From Octopus sinensis (Eukaryota): 64,000 bases of DNA. The stretch's first letter is position 1. The number at the start of each line of letters is the position of its first letter. Below are positions 11,644 to 24,420 of this stretch, one piece after another. The stretch lies in contig NC_043002.1 in the NCBI RefSeq assembly GCF_006345805.1, positions 14,508,001 through 14,572,000 of the forward strand, in the 5' to 3' direction. Under the pieces are notes generated by a model, which saw only the letters and a list, made by a program, of their open reading frames with translations, was not told the origin of the DNA and did no database searches. The position numbers were made by a program, and so were the translations under genes.

Positions 11644-12660
11644 ACATATTTTGCAAAATGTTAGAATTTCTGAAAATCAAGTGAGGGATGTCATCGCTAT
11701 TATCATTGTGGGTTAAAGTGCTTTATGTACATTAAATTTACCCAATATGCACACACGATCTGAAATTTCGGCCGGAGAGTATCAGAATATAAATTTTTGT
11801 AATTTATTGGGAATGCATTTCATTGATTTTAAAACGATAAAAGGAGAGTGTGACCACGGTTGGATTTGGATTAAGAATGTAAATATATATAAATAAATAC
11901 TGCAAAAAAAATTTGTTTTGACTGAAGCTCTAATGATACTAATTCATCTTAGCCTTGGAACATACGCAACGCAAATAAAATATATTTTATCAAATTTTCT
12001 TTCTTTTAAGGTAATAACAGTTCACTCAAAGAAGCGACGGCTATTGTTAAATATTTAACTAATTTGTGTATTTTTGTGTTATGCATTATTTAGAGTTGAT
12101 TGGCAGTTTTAGAGGTATTCTTACTACAAACTTGGTCCCAATACACACCAGAGAGTCACCTTCTCAAATGGCACATACCTGGTGCGTAAAATGGGCCAAG
12201 GGTTTATATGGATAAGTAAAATATAAGTTTTTTTTCTAACAAAAGAATGAGGTACAACATTTAGGTTAGCAAATTAGGGATTATATCGAATCCAGCACGT
12301 GACTGGAAGTCAAAGCTGATATCGGCAGGATAAAATGTTAATCGTTTAAATTAACAACGTTCGGCATTTTCTCCAACCGATTTATGATACAGTTAATACC
12401 TTGCTATTCTGAGAATTTATTATTGATTTTATATCGGCTATATTCTGGTAATAGGTGCGATTCAGACGTCTATGTGTGGCAAAATATTTTTCGATATCGA
12501 AATCAACAGACAACTAAGTATGAAGATATATACGATAAGTATCTATGAGTTATATGTGATAATATTACTGACATTAACTATACTCAGCATAGTTAGAAGA
12601 AGATGATTCATATGCACTCTCATGTACATAGTACTATATATATGTACATGAACATATATA

Positions 12661-13027
12661 TCTCTATATAAACGGCAGTTGTCTGTGCGTGTTTTGTGTG
12701 TCTGTTTGCTTGTACCCTCAACCCTGCCACGGCTTTCAACCGATTCTGATGACACTTGACACACACATAGGCCCAATGTCATAATTCAAAACAACGCAGC
12801 AAAATTTTGAAAAGTTCCCCCAGTTCTGAAAAAAATCGATAAATTTCGACATGGGGTCGAGAATCAGAAACACGAACCACGAACTGTGTAGGGGACGCCA
12901 ACTCACCTTTTTTAATATCAAAAAAAAATTTACCATCAATTTTTTGCTGTTTTTTGCTCTAACTCTCTATAAATGCCTTTATAGTTATTTCCCTTACAAA
13001 CCAGAGCAACCGCCGGGCGAATGCTAG
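12661..13027 (+). mobile_element. Non-autonomous Helitron
   Basis: A|TC 5' end (TCTCTATATAAACGGCAG), GC-rich subterminal CCAGAGCAACCGCCGGG, 3' CTAG|T, no TSD. Confidence 0.85.
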
Positions 13028-13769
13028 TATCATATATGTGTATGTATGTATACATATATATATATATATACATATATATATCCTATATATATATACACTA
13101 TATATATATACATATATATATACATATATAATATACATATATATATAAATATATATACATATATATTATACATATATATATATATACATATATATATACA
13201 TATAATATATCATACATATAATATATATATATATATAATATATGTGTAGTATATTATATAGATATAATATATATAATATAGAATATATATATATATATAT
13301 ATATCTATATATATATATATATCATATTATATATATATATATATACATGCATATACGGTGCAGGACGTCAACAGCTGTGCACACGGACGTTAAACGTAGC
13401 GCACGTATTTTCTCTCTCTCGCAAGTATGATTTCTCTTTTCAAAAAAATGTTTTCCAAGCGTTCACTATTTTCCTTTCGTTCTTGTCTGATGACCCACCT
13501 ATGTTTTTTTTTTTTTGTTCGGTTTCCTTGTATGATCCACTGTTATTTATTTTCTCAACTATAATCCTCCATAAATCCTGAATTTTATTTTAGAATTTAT
13601 GGGAGCAACTGTCATTGAAGATGCATATTGTCGTTGAAGCCTCGAAATAAGGAGTAGACAGACAACCGACAACTAATGAAGGATCATTTGTCTGTGTTCA
13701 CACGATTTCCCTTAATTTGTTTACGTATTTCCTGTTATTTGAACTGCTGGTGACATCCTGTTACCATAG

Positions 13770-13801
<32 letters not shown>

Positions 13802-14060
13802 TTATGTATACATATATATTATATATTATTTGTAGACATTATATATATATATATAGATAGATAGATAGATAGATAGAAAGATATAGATATATAATACCGG
13901 TAATATATGTATGTATACATGCTGGAATACATGTATGTAAGCAATGTTTGTATGCATGTATGTATGCTTGTCTGTCTGTCTGTCTGTCTCTCTGCCTCTA
14001 TATATGCACACACATACATACATACACATACACACACACATATATACATTTCTACTCTAG

Positions 14061-14980
14061 GCACATGGCCCGAAATTATTTCGGGAAGGGACCAATGTAA
14101 TCGATTGTCCCCAGTGCGCAACTAGTACTTAAATTAGGAACCCCGAATAGATGTAAAACAAAGACGACCACAGCGGTATTTCAATTCAGAATGTAAAGAG
14201 ATACGAAATACCTATTTCTTTACTAGCCACAAGGGGCTAAACATAGAGTGGACAAACAAGGACAGACAGACGGATTAAGTCGATTATATCGACCCCAGTG
14301 CGTAACTGGTACTTAATTTACCGACCCCGATATGATGAAAGGCGAAGTCGACATCGGCGGAATTTTAACTCAGAACGTAACGGCAGACGAAATACCTACT
14401 TCTTTACTATCCACAAGGGGCTAAACATAGAGAGGACAAGCAAGAACAGACAGACGGATTAAGTCGATTACATTGACCCCAGTGCGTAACTGGTACTTAA
14501 TTTATCGACCCTGAAAGAATGAAAGGCATAGTCGACCTCGGTGGATTTTGAAATCAGAATGTAGAGGCAGACGAAATACCTATTTCTTTACTACCCACAA
14601 GGGGTTAAACAGAGAGAGGACAAACAAGGACAGACAAACGGATTAAGTCGATTATATCGACTCCAGTGCATAACTGGTACTTAATTTATCGACCCTGAAA
14701 TAATGAAAGGCATAGTCGACCTCGGTGGATTTTGAAATCAGAAGGTAGAGGCAGACGAAAAACCTATTTCTTTACTACCCACAAGGGTATAAACACAGAG
14801 AGGACAAACAAGGACAGACAAACGGATCAAGTCGATTATATCGACTCCAGTGCGTAACTGGTATTTAATTTATCAACCCTGAAAGGATGAAAGGCAAAGT
14901 CGACCTCGACGAAATTTGAACTCTGAACGTAACGGCAGACGAAATACGGTTAAGCATTTCGCAAGCCGTGCTAACGCTTC
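14061..14980 (-). mobile_element. Family-B/C SINE with four internal 184-bp units and a different terminal unit
   Basis: Junctions at 14210, 14394, 14578, 14762, 14946 (period 184); terminal unit ends ...CCTAGAGTAGAA on the minus strand. Confidence 0.88.
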
Positions 14981-15980
14981 TATATATAGATATATATATC
15001 AAGTATTCACCCTGAATTTATTGTATGTATATATATATATATATATATTTACAAATATAGATTTTCAACTAATATTACTGTCATGTTATCTCTAGGAATC
15101 ATGATGTGGAATTATTGATAGATTTTTATTCATTTCTTTATTTCGCGTCTTTTGACTTACCGTCAACACTAGCGAGAGCAGGTGTGGGTGGAGTGAGTGG
15201 GTGTTTGAGTGGGTGTGTGGTTCATCTTACTCGATTTGCCCTGCGTATCCTAACCTTTGTTCTAATGTGATGAGGCAGATCTACTTATGACTCTGTTTGT
15301 TAAAGTACCCATTATGATCTGCAAGATTTATGAAAAATCCTATTTCGCTAGAATCGGTATTAAGAAACTGTACTTCTCGCAAATTATCCTTACGCACTAT
15401 TGCAAAATCAATAAAAAATTTATGGATATTACGATATTGCATTCATACAAAGTTTAATGCAATATGTAAGCTATGAGTAGTCGCTGCAGTTACTGATTCT
15501 ACTTAGAAAATCTTCAGTTCTCTCACACAAATCTTGGGACACTTCAATTAATAATAGGTGTATGATCATGAAGAGGAAATACGTCAATCTATACTTGCTG
15601 AAGACTGCGTGTTCACAAGCGTTATGATCAGGTGGCTGTGGGCCTCTCATTATATAATCGATATTATATAATCGATTTGAAAGCATCATTGCACTCATAC
15701 TTGTTTTCAAACGTACTATATAAATTGTCACCCATAACTTGTTCAAAGAGCTGTAAACCGTCGGAGAAATGCTATACCAACAATGATATTCTACACTTAA
15801 TACGTTGTTACCTGCAATTACGTATACACAAACAGACACATATACATACATAAAAATATATAACAGTATGTATATATATGTATATATGTATATATATATA
15901 TGCATATATATATTTGTATATATGTATATATATATGATATATATATGTATATATATATATGTATATATATATATTTGTAC

Positions 15981-16031
<51 letters not shown>

Positions 16032-16192
16032 TAGGTATATATATATGCATATATATGTATATATATAGGTATATATATGTATATATATGTGTATATATAT
16101 AGGTATATATATGTATATATACATATATGTATATATAGATATGTGTATATATGTATATATATATATATACCTATATATAACATATATATAGG

Positions 16193-16223
<31 letters not shown>

Positions 16224-17051
16224 TTATTTACAGATATGTATATATATAAATATATATGTATGTATATATATATATACACATATATATACAGACATATATA
16301 TACACATATATATACACCCACATATATATACACACACACACACAATATATATATATATATTTATACGCACCTATATATATATATATGCGTTTCTGTATGC
16401 ATTGAGCATTAGCATCATAAACGTACCGCCATCAATATCATAATCTTAATAATACGGAATGTTATCATCAAATTCAACTCCAACTTTCCTAATGCAAGGA
16501 AGCATAATTCTTCCAAAAGAACGTACTATATCTTATATATTAGAAGGAAAGTTGTATGTGTATGTGTTGTGTGACCCACATCTACTCCTACAATTTTTAA
16601 CCGATATTCACTGCATTCACGGCCACCACAGCAGAATGGTGTGTCAGTGTATGTGTTGACTGACATAACGAACGGCTGGAAGGGAAACTCTTGACAAAAA
16701 ACAATGAGATGACAGGACCATGGTATATAAAAATACACATTTACCGTTCAATTACCAGTTACTCATTATTGCAGCAGTTACAAGGTTGCGAAGTATTTAC
16801 AGTTACATATTTACCCTTAAATTAGCATTTAATACATGTACTTTATATATACATATAAATAAATTTACCTATAATAATTATTGTGGCATTTACCGTTAAA
16901 TTAGCAGTTCATACATGTGCTTTTCTTTGTTTAATATATAGTGTATACAAAAATAAAACATACTACATTCGTAAAACTACTTATAAAAATAAGGATTAAT
17001 ATGCAATTTTTTTCTATGTTCATAATTTTTTGTTTACAATATTGACAAATT

Positions 17052-17910
17052 ATGCCACCATTGAAACGACGTAATCTGTCCAGAAAGAAGTATAACGCAA
17101 AGAGGATTGTAGAAAATCGAAACCGAGAGTCTGAAGAGAGAAACGAGATAAGAATTTCTCAAGATCAGCAAAAGTATGCTGCAGGACGTTAGACGAAATT
17201 TCAAGATAGAAGGGAGTTGAGACTTTCCCAAGATCAGCAAATGCATGCTGCAGCACTTAATGGTGGATCATTAAATCAATGTTTAATGATTACTCCAAGA
17301 TCCAATAGAAGAGCTCTGAGAAACAGATTACGTAAAAATTCGTTCTTCACAACTCCTGGAGCTGCTTCCAGATATCCAACTCTGTCCTAATTGATGTGCT
17401 AAACGCAAATTGTCGTTTCTGTAGAGCTTTAAAATGTTCAAATGAAATATATGGCATATGCTGCTCAGGTGGTCAGGTAAGATTCCCAGCACTACCAGCT
17501 CTTTGTCAACCTCTTATGGATCTTCTAGGAGACACTTACATCCAGTCAAAAGATTTCCTGAACAATATAAGACAATACAACTCTGCATTTCAAATGACAT
17601 CGTTTACTGCATCTAAGAAGATACTTATACATGAATTTACGCCGATGTCAAAGTTCAAGAGCAAGCCTATCACCTCATTGGTTCCCAGTCGACCACAAAT
17701 GAACAACCACAGTTCCTCCAAATTTACTTTATGTGTGAGATGTAGACACCAAACCCGAAGGAGGTGTCAACATTTCAGACGATGGGTCGTGTTAGACTCA
17801 GCGCAGACTGCTGCAAAAGAGATCATATCAACTTACATCTTTTCGGTGCGTTCAGAAATTACATAATCCTCACCTCCAACTTTTCAAGACCGGTTAGGGC
17901 CTGAAATACT
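17052..17910 (+). pseudogene. Helitron RepHel N-terminal fragment (zinc-finger and Helitron-like N region)
   Basis: MPPLKRRNLSRK...; CRFCRALKCSNEIYGICCSGGQVRFPAL...SKDFLNNIRQYNSAFQMTSF; after a frameshift KVQEQAYHLIGS...EQPQFLQIYF, all characteristic RepHel motifs. Confidence 0.88.
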
Positions 17911-18050
17911 CCAAATGTACTAATAGCATGATGCTTAGTCGAATTACTCCACCATTTTCTCCACAAATATTTTGTTGTCAAAGCTGCACTCTACAATATC
18001 ACCTGTTTCAACATAACCGTAATATAATATATACAAACTAAGTCATTTTA

Positions 18051-18081
18051 ATCCCAAGCTACGCCGGGTATCTCAGCTAGT
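18051..18081 (+). mobile_element. Helitron 3' terminus belonging to the deleted RepHel copy
   Basis: CCCAAGCTACGCCGGGTATCTCAGCTAG|T: subterminal GC motif plus CTAG followed by T. Confidence 0.75.
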
Positions 18082-18107
18082 TTACACAAATTCGCAACCA
18101 CTACCAT

Positions 18108-18390
18108 AAGTAGTAGTAGTAGCAGTAGTAGTAGTAGTAGTAGTGTATCAGTAGTAGTAGTAGTAGTTGTTGTAGTAGTAGTAGTAGTAGTTGTTGTAGT
18201 AGTAGTAGTAGTATCAGTAGTAGTAGTAGTAGTAGTATCAGTAGTAGTAGTAGTAGTAGTATCAGTAGTAGCAGTAGTAGTATCAGTAGTAGTAGTTGTT
18301 GTAGTAGTAGTAGTAGTAGTAGTATCAGTAGTAGTAGTAGTAGTATCAGTAGTAGTAGTAGTAGTAGTATCAGTAGTAGTAGTTGTTGTT

Positions 18391-18434
<44 letters not shown>

Positions 18435-18482
18435 TGTAGCAGCAGCAGTTGCAGTAGTTGTAGTAGCAGTAGTAGCAGCAGC
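18108..18482. repeat. Long compound (GTA)n trinucleotide tract
   Basis: About 370 bp of GTA with GTT/GCA/TCA interruptions; source of the poly-L ORF. Confidence 0.95.
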
Positions 18483-19791
18483 AGCTCTATTAGTGGCATC
18501 GGATACAGAAATGGTTATAACGGTTAATACAGTTTTTCTCTCTTTTAGAAGCCCATACGTCCATGTTCAATAATAATTACGAGCTGTAACAAGCACGAAA
18601 CTGTATGATTTCATTCCCTTGAGCTACAGGAGTGGCATGTCATTAATATACTTACAAGATCAATGTCATTTATATGGTTCCACACCATGTTATTATTACA
18701 TGTACTATATTAGCTGCTGTTCCGTTTTCACAGTGTATTAATTTCTATTTCTTGAGTAGCTTGCAGCATCTTCTGCTAGAATAGATTGAATGCACAGATA
18801 AATATATATTTCTAGACTTCACATATACATTGCAAAGCAAGGACACACATCCACAAATAGACACACATTGACACACAGACACACAATCACACGCTCATTC
18901 AACATGTAAGTCTATACACAAACATTCACACATTCGCGGGAATTCTCGACTGTCGTATCCGCAACCAGACACACACACACATAAATACATACATACACAT
19001 ATACATACGTACGTACATACATAGATACATATACATACATACGTAAATACATGCATATATATATATATATATATATATTCATACATAAGTACATACATGC
19101 ATATATATACATACATATCTATATAACACACACACGTGCACATATATATATTTATATATTTATATATATATGCATGTATATATATGTATGTATATATATA
19201 TGTACATATATATATATGTACATATATATATATGTGTATATATGTATATATGTATATGTATATATGTATATGTATATGTATATATGTATATATGTATATG
19301 TATATGTATATATGTATATGTATATGTGTATATATATATATATACATATATATGCATATATCTATATCTACCCGTGTCTCCCTATTACACTATCTATCCA
19401 TCTGTCTATTGATATAGGAAAGTAATTTTATATGTAAACTTACATATACCACATACGCACGCACACACAGATCCACGCACACACACACACACACACAGAT
19501 CCACGCACACACACACACACACGCAGGCGTACGCATATATGCATGTGTACATTTATAGATGTATGTATATACTCATAGATCAGTGTACGCATAATTACAC
19601 TTTTATATTTATGATTTCTGGAATGTATAACCTTTTATGTATATTGAGATATTCGTTTGTACATACTCGTTAATATCTTAATGAACATGCTAAACATTTC
19701 GTAACGGTTGGTATGCTGTCTTCAACTCTGTTCCGAAATCCAATATCCAGATCTGTAAAAGTGTGTGTAGGTATTCCTTTATATACATAAA

Positions 19792-19825
<34 letters not shown>

Positions 19826-19851
19826 CATACATACATACATACATACATACT

Positions 19852-19884
<33 letters not shown>

Positions 19885-19888
19885 TATA

Positions 19889-19941
<53 letters not shown>

Positions 19942-19947
19942 ATTATC

Positions 19948-19981
<34 letters not shown>

Positions 19982-20195
19982 GATATGTATATATATATAT
20001 ATATATATATTATATAAAATGAGATAGGGGTTGAAAATTCAACCCACCATGGGATAATATATATCCAATATACTGCTAGATAGGTACCCAACAAAAATAA
20101 TACATAGATGTTAAATATTGTCAAACAATCAGTTCATCTATTGCATTATATGGGTAAAGGTAATAAAATTACCGTAAATTAATACTACAAAAATT

Positions 20196-20403
20196 AGAGA
20201 ATGGAGAAATATACTTAAATCAGTAAAACATCAACTATCCGATGATACTCAATCCATACTTTAATACACCATTACATATGAGTAAAGGCAATACATAAAA
20301 TGAAATGAGATATACAGTAATAGTAACAAGATAAAGAGATAGTTATTTCGATCTTGTAAGGATGGACTTGGTGCTAACTTAACTGTATCTATTTTTTATT
20401 ATA

Positions 20404-20470
<67 letters not shown>

Positions 20471-21112
20471 AGTAATTTTTATTAACTTTTATAGCTTTAG
20501 AATCTTATGAACTGTACCACGGATTTAATTATTATTTTTCATCTCCATATATGTTAGCCTTTTTTTTTTTATATATATATAAAAACTATTAGCCAAATAT
20601 GTATAATATCGGTACTTATTGATATTAATATATACACTATTATATATTTTGTTTTATTTTGTTCTGTTTACCTTCCTTTTTTGTACAAATGTGTATTATA
20701 TTATATAAGTGTAGCTTTATGATGTATAAGTTTTTATATTTTACATTTTATATTTTTATATTTATATGTATATGATTGTATAATATTTTTCACTATTATA
20801 ACAAATTTAATTTAATTCTCTGAAGAGGCCGTGGGGCATCCTTGTTAATGCCTCATTTATACCTGCCTTTATGGCTTATAGGTTAAATGAGGTATGACTG
20901 TCCTCACTGCCGAAACAGCTGTCAGTTTGATTTATTTGCATATTATATTTGAAAATTTTTTACTTATATCTCTTTATCTTGTTACTATTACTGTATATCT
21001 CATTTCATTTTATGTATTGCCTTTACTCATATGTAATGGTGTATTAAAGTATGGATTGAGTATCATCGGATAGTTGATGTTTTACTGATTTAAGTATATT
21101 TCTCCATTCTCT
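20196..21112. repeat. 146-bp apparently perfect inverted repeat (20196-20341 / 20967-21112) in Penelope-type pseudo-LTR sequence
   Basis: Arms read identical by hand comparison; 625-bp spacer contains (ATT)n and a hammerhead motif. Confidence 0.9.
20818..20925 (+). ncRNA. Type I hammerhead-ribozyme-like motif (Penelope-associated)
   Basis: CTGAAGA (20820-26), long stem II closed by GGC/GCC, GAAAC-AGCT-GTC (20912-23), palindromic stem III; stem I only about 2 bp. Confidence 0.65.
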
Positions 21113-21130
21113 TATTTTTTCGTTGTATAT

Positions 21131-21166
<36 letters not shown>

Positions 21167-21200
21167 AAAACGATTGCAACATGGACGATATTTGTAAGCC

Positions 21201-21365
21201 ATTCAAGAACACAACAAAAACCGTTAATTTCATTTCAAATTCGAATTTTCATCATGCAAACCAATTTTTGTCAGTGAACAGGTCGCGCTTTCAAAGCGAC
21301 GAAAATATATCGATGCAAATGAAAATTAAATACTGAAGTGAAACTAACGGCTTTTGTTCTTGAAA
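21201..21365. mobile_element. Degenerate MITE-like inverted repeat
   Basis: TTCAAGAAC..AAAAACCGTTAATTTCATTTCA versus the reverse complement of TGAAGTGAAACTAACGGCTTTTGTTCTTGAA. Confidence 0.5.
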
Positions 21366-21404
21366 GGTTTAAAATATGTTAGACGCTGCAAGTACATCTC
21401 CGTA

Positions 21405-21648
21405 GTATGTATGTATGTATGTATGTATGTATGTATGTATGTATGTATGTATGTATGTATGTATGTATGTATTTATGTATCTACGTATGTATGTATGTAC
21501 GTATGCATGTATGTATGTATGTATGTATGTATGTATTTATGTATGTATGTATGTATGCATGTATGTATGTATGTATGCATGTATGTATGTATGTATATAT
21601 ATGTGTGTGTGTGTGTGTATGTGTGTGTGTATGTGTGTTTGTGTGTAT
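21405..21648. repeat. (TATG)n/(TG)n microsatellite
   Basis: Direct inspection. Confidence 0.95.
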
Positions 21649-21885
21649 AGTGAAGATTACATTAATGCAAGAAAGTATACTAGTTCAATAAGAATGGATG
21701 GACATTTAATATTTCATTTGTTCAATAAGAATAGGCAATTAATACTACATTTCATTTCTTTATAACTATATTATTTTATATCTTATAATAATATTATAAG
21801 ATTAGAAACGTGAAGAATTGAATTGGAATTCCTTTGAGTAATATATATACAAACCAGTTTGTGTGTGTGTATATTTATGCGTAGT

Positions 21886-22209
21886 GAGGGCGCGTGGCTT
21901 AGTGGTTAGGGCATTCGGCTCATGATCGTAAGGTTGTGAGTTCGATTCCCGGCGACGCGTTGTGTCCTTGAGCAAGACACTTTATTTCACGTTGCTCCAG
22001 TCCACTCAGCTGGCAAAAATGAGTTGTACTTGTATTTCAAAGGGTCAGCCTTGTCACTCTCTGTGTCACGCTGATTATCCCCGAGAACTACGTTAATGGT
22101 ACACGTGTCTGTGGAATGCTCAGCCATTTGCACGTTAATTTCACGAGCAAGCTGTTCCGTTGATCGTATCAGCTGGGACCCTCGTCGTCGTAACCGGCGG
22201 AGTCTTTAG
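21886..22209 (+). mobile_element. tRNA-derived SINE (OR-like), full length
   Basis: Head GAGGGCGCGTGGCTTAGTGGTTAGG...GAGTTCGATTCCC; 12-bp TSD ATATTTATGCGT at 21871-21882 and 22210-22221; 3' half shared with 44668-45038. Confidence 0.9.
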
Positions 22210-23173
22210 ATATTTATGCGTGTGCGTGTGAGTGAATTTAAATATTATTATGTATATATGTAGAGACATGTCCATGCGCCACACATATATAATACATCAT
22301 AACCAACTAGCATTTTAACAACATATTCATATATCTAGTGTTTCGGCAACAAAAGCCGACAGAGTATGTACTGGCAGTAAAAAAAAAAAAAATCTTGTTG
22401 TCGATTTGTATGACTAAAACCCTCAAGGCTGTGTCCCAGCATGGCTGCAGTCAACTGAGTGAAATAAGTGAAAGAATAAAAGAATATATGTGTGTCTTTC
22501 TGATTGTATGTGTATGTGAGTTTGTGTATGTATATATATATATGCTCATAATTCCATGGGGAGAGAATTTCTCGAAATATAAAACGTAAGTTATTTGATT
22601 TATGCTTAAAAATGAAAGAGCATTTCAAACAAACGTTGCCGATTTTCAATTCATATAAAGGTCACTGCGAAATATATTACAACAGCTGTACACTAAATTT
22701 CCGTATTATTTTAGGTAAGCAAACCAAAGCCAGTTCAACACAATTATATCTTTTACTGTAAAGATCAAAAGCGTTTTAAAATGTTTAACTGAATTGCATT
22801 CATTTAATACAAACGAACAATATAAAATTAAAATACTGTGTGTCATTTCCTGAAGCAGAAATGAAATATTTTTTACATTCAATATTAAATTACATTTTAA
22901 AACGTATAACAAACAACTGTCGCATCAACAAACTTATGATCAAGATACTGTGACCACTAACATTTAAATGTTTTTTTAATAGCTTATGTTTTAGCGGGAC
23001 CCTTGATGATTGAGAAAATTTATCTCACTTTATCAAAAAGGTTATAAAATTAAGAAAGTAAAGAAACATAAATTTCAAACAGTGGTTATGAACCTTTTTT
23101 TTTTTGCTGTGTGGGACCCTTTGTTTCCTATTTTAGTCATCTGTCACTCCATAAGCATTGAATGTATAAAAAA

Positions 23174-23865
23174 AGGAGTGGCTGTGTGCTAAGTAGCTGG
23201 CTTACCAACCATATGGGCAAGTGTCTTCTACTATAGCCTCGGACCGACCAAAGCCTTGTGAGTGGATTTGGTAGAGGAAACTGAAAGAAGCCCATCGTAT
23301 ATATGTATGATATATATATATATGTGTGTGTGAGTATATGTTTGTGTGTCTGTGTTTGTCCCCTCAACATCGCTTGACAACCGATGCTGGTGTCTTTACG
23401 TCCCCGTAACTTAAAGGTTCGGCAAAAGAGACCGATATAATAAGTACTAGGCTTACAAAGAATAAGTCCTAGGGTCGATTAGCTCGACAAAAGGCGGTGC
23501 TCCAGCATGGGTACAGTCAAATGACTAAAACAAGTAAAAGAGTAAAATAGTATATCTTGTTGGCGCAGGATTGGCTGTGTGGGAAGAAGCATGCTTATCA
23601 AGAACATTGTTCCGGGTTCAGTGGATTTTGGAGACGAAAATTGAAAGAAGCCCATCTTATATATTTCTGTGTTTGTGTTTGTCCCCCACCATCTCTTGAC
23701 AACCGATGTTAGTGTGTTTAGGTCTCCGTTACTTTGCGGTTCGGCAAAAGAGGACGATAGAATAAATACTAGGCTTGCTTTCAAAGAATAATTACTGGGG
23801 TCGATTTGCTCGACAAAAGTTGGTACTCCAGCTTGGCCGCAGCCAAATGACTGAAACAAAAATAA
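23174..23865 (+). mobile_element. Two adjacent family-A SINEs (23174-23547 and 23562-23865)
   Basis: Each has the head GGAGTGGCTGTG/GGCGCAGGATTGGCTGTG and the tail GACTAAAAC/GACTGAAAC. Confidence 0.82.
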
Positions 23866-23874
23866 ATATTTTCA

Positions 23875-23960
23875 CTATTCAGGTTACTACCTGGAATCGA
23901 ATTCGGAATCTTAGGGTTAGTATCCCGCGCCCTTAACCACCATAACATATACCCGTGGGC
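23875..23960 (-). mobile_element. tRNA-like SINE head fragment
   Basis: Reverse complement reads ...GGTGGTTAAGGGCGCGGGATACTAACCCTAAGATTCCGAATTCGATTCCAGG (A-box/B-box-like). Confidence 0.55.
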
Positions 23961-24186
23961 ATTACATGTTATTAAGAATTGTATAAAAAAGACTTAATAT
24001 ATTTTGTATATTGTAAAAGTATGAGCAATTGATTGCACAAACATTTTAACATCAAAATCTTATTTGGACCTCCAGAGCCCATGTGGACGCTGGATTAGAA
24101 ACCCTGATTGAAAGCCATCTTTTACTGAATTGTTAACATTGTCCATGTGATATATTTTGTATGCATGAATATACATATTACTTTAT

Positions 24187-24420
24187 AAGGCGGCGAGCTG
24201 GCAGAAACGTTAGCGCGCCGGGCGAAATGCTTAGCAGTATTTCGTTTGTCGCTACGTTCTGAGTTCAAATTCCGTCGAGGTCGACTTTGCCTTTCCTCCT
24301 CTCGGTGTCGATAAATAAAGTACCAGTTTCGCACTGGGGTCGATGTAATCGACTTAATACGTTTGTCTGTCCTTGTTTGTTTCCTCTATGTTTAGCCGCT
24401 TGTGTGTAGTAAAGGAATAT
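24187..24420 (+). mobile_element. Family-B SINE, single unit
   Basis: AAGGCGGCGAGCTGGCAGAAACGTTAGC head through GTAGTAAAGGAATA tail. Confidence 0.88.

Noticed and set aside
15471-15810. About 110 stop-free unique codons on the minus strand (and plus-strand VYDHEEEIRQSILAEDC)
   Set aside because: No recognisable motif; contains a 14-bp tandem duplication; a stop-free run of this length is expected occasionally by chance in 64 kb
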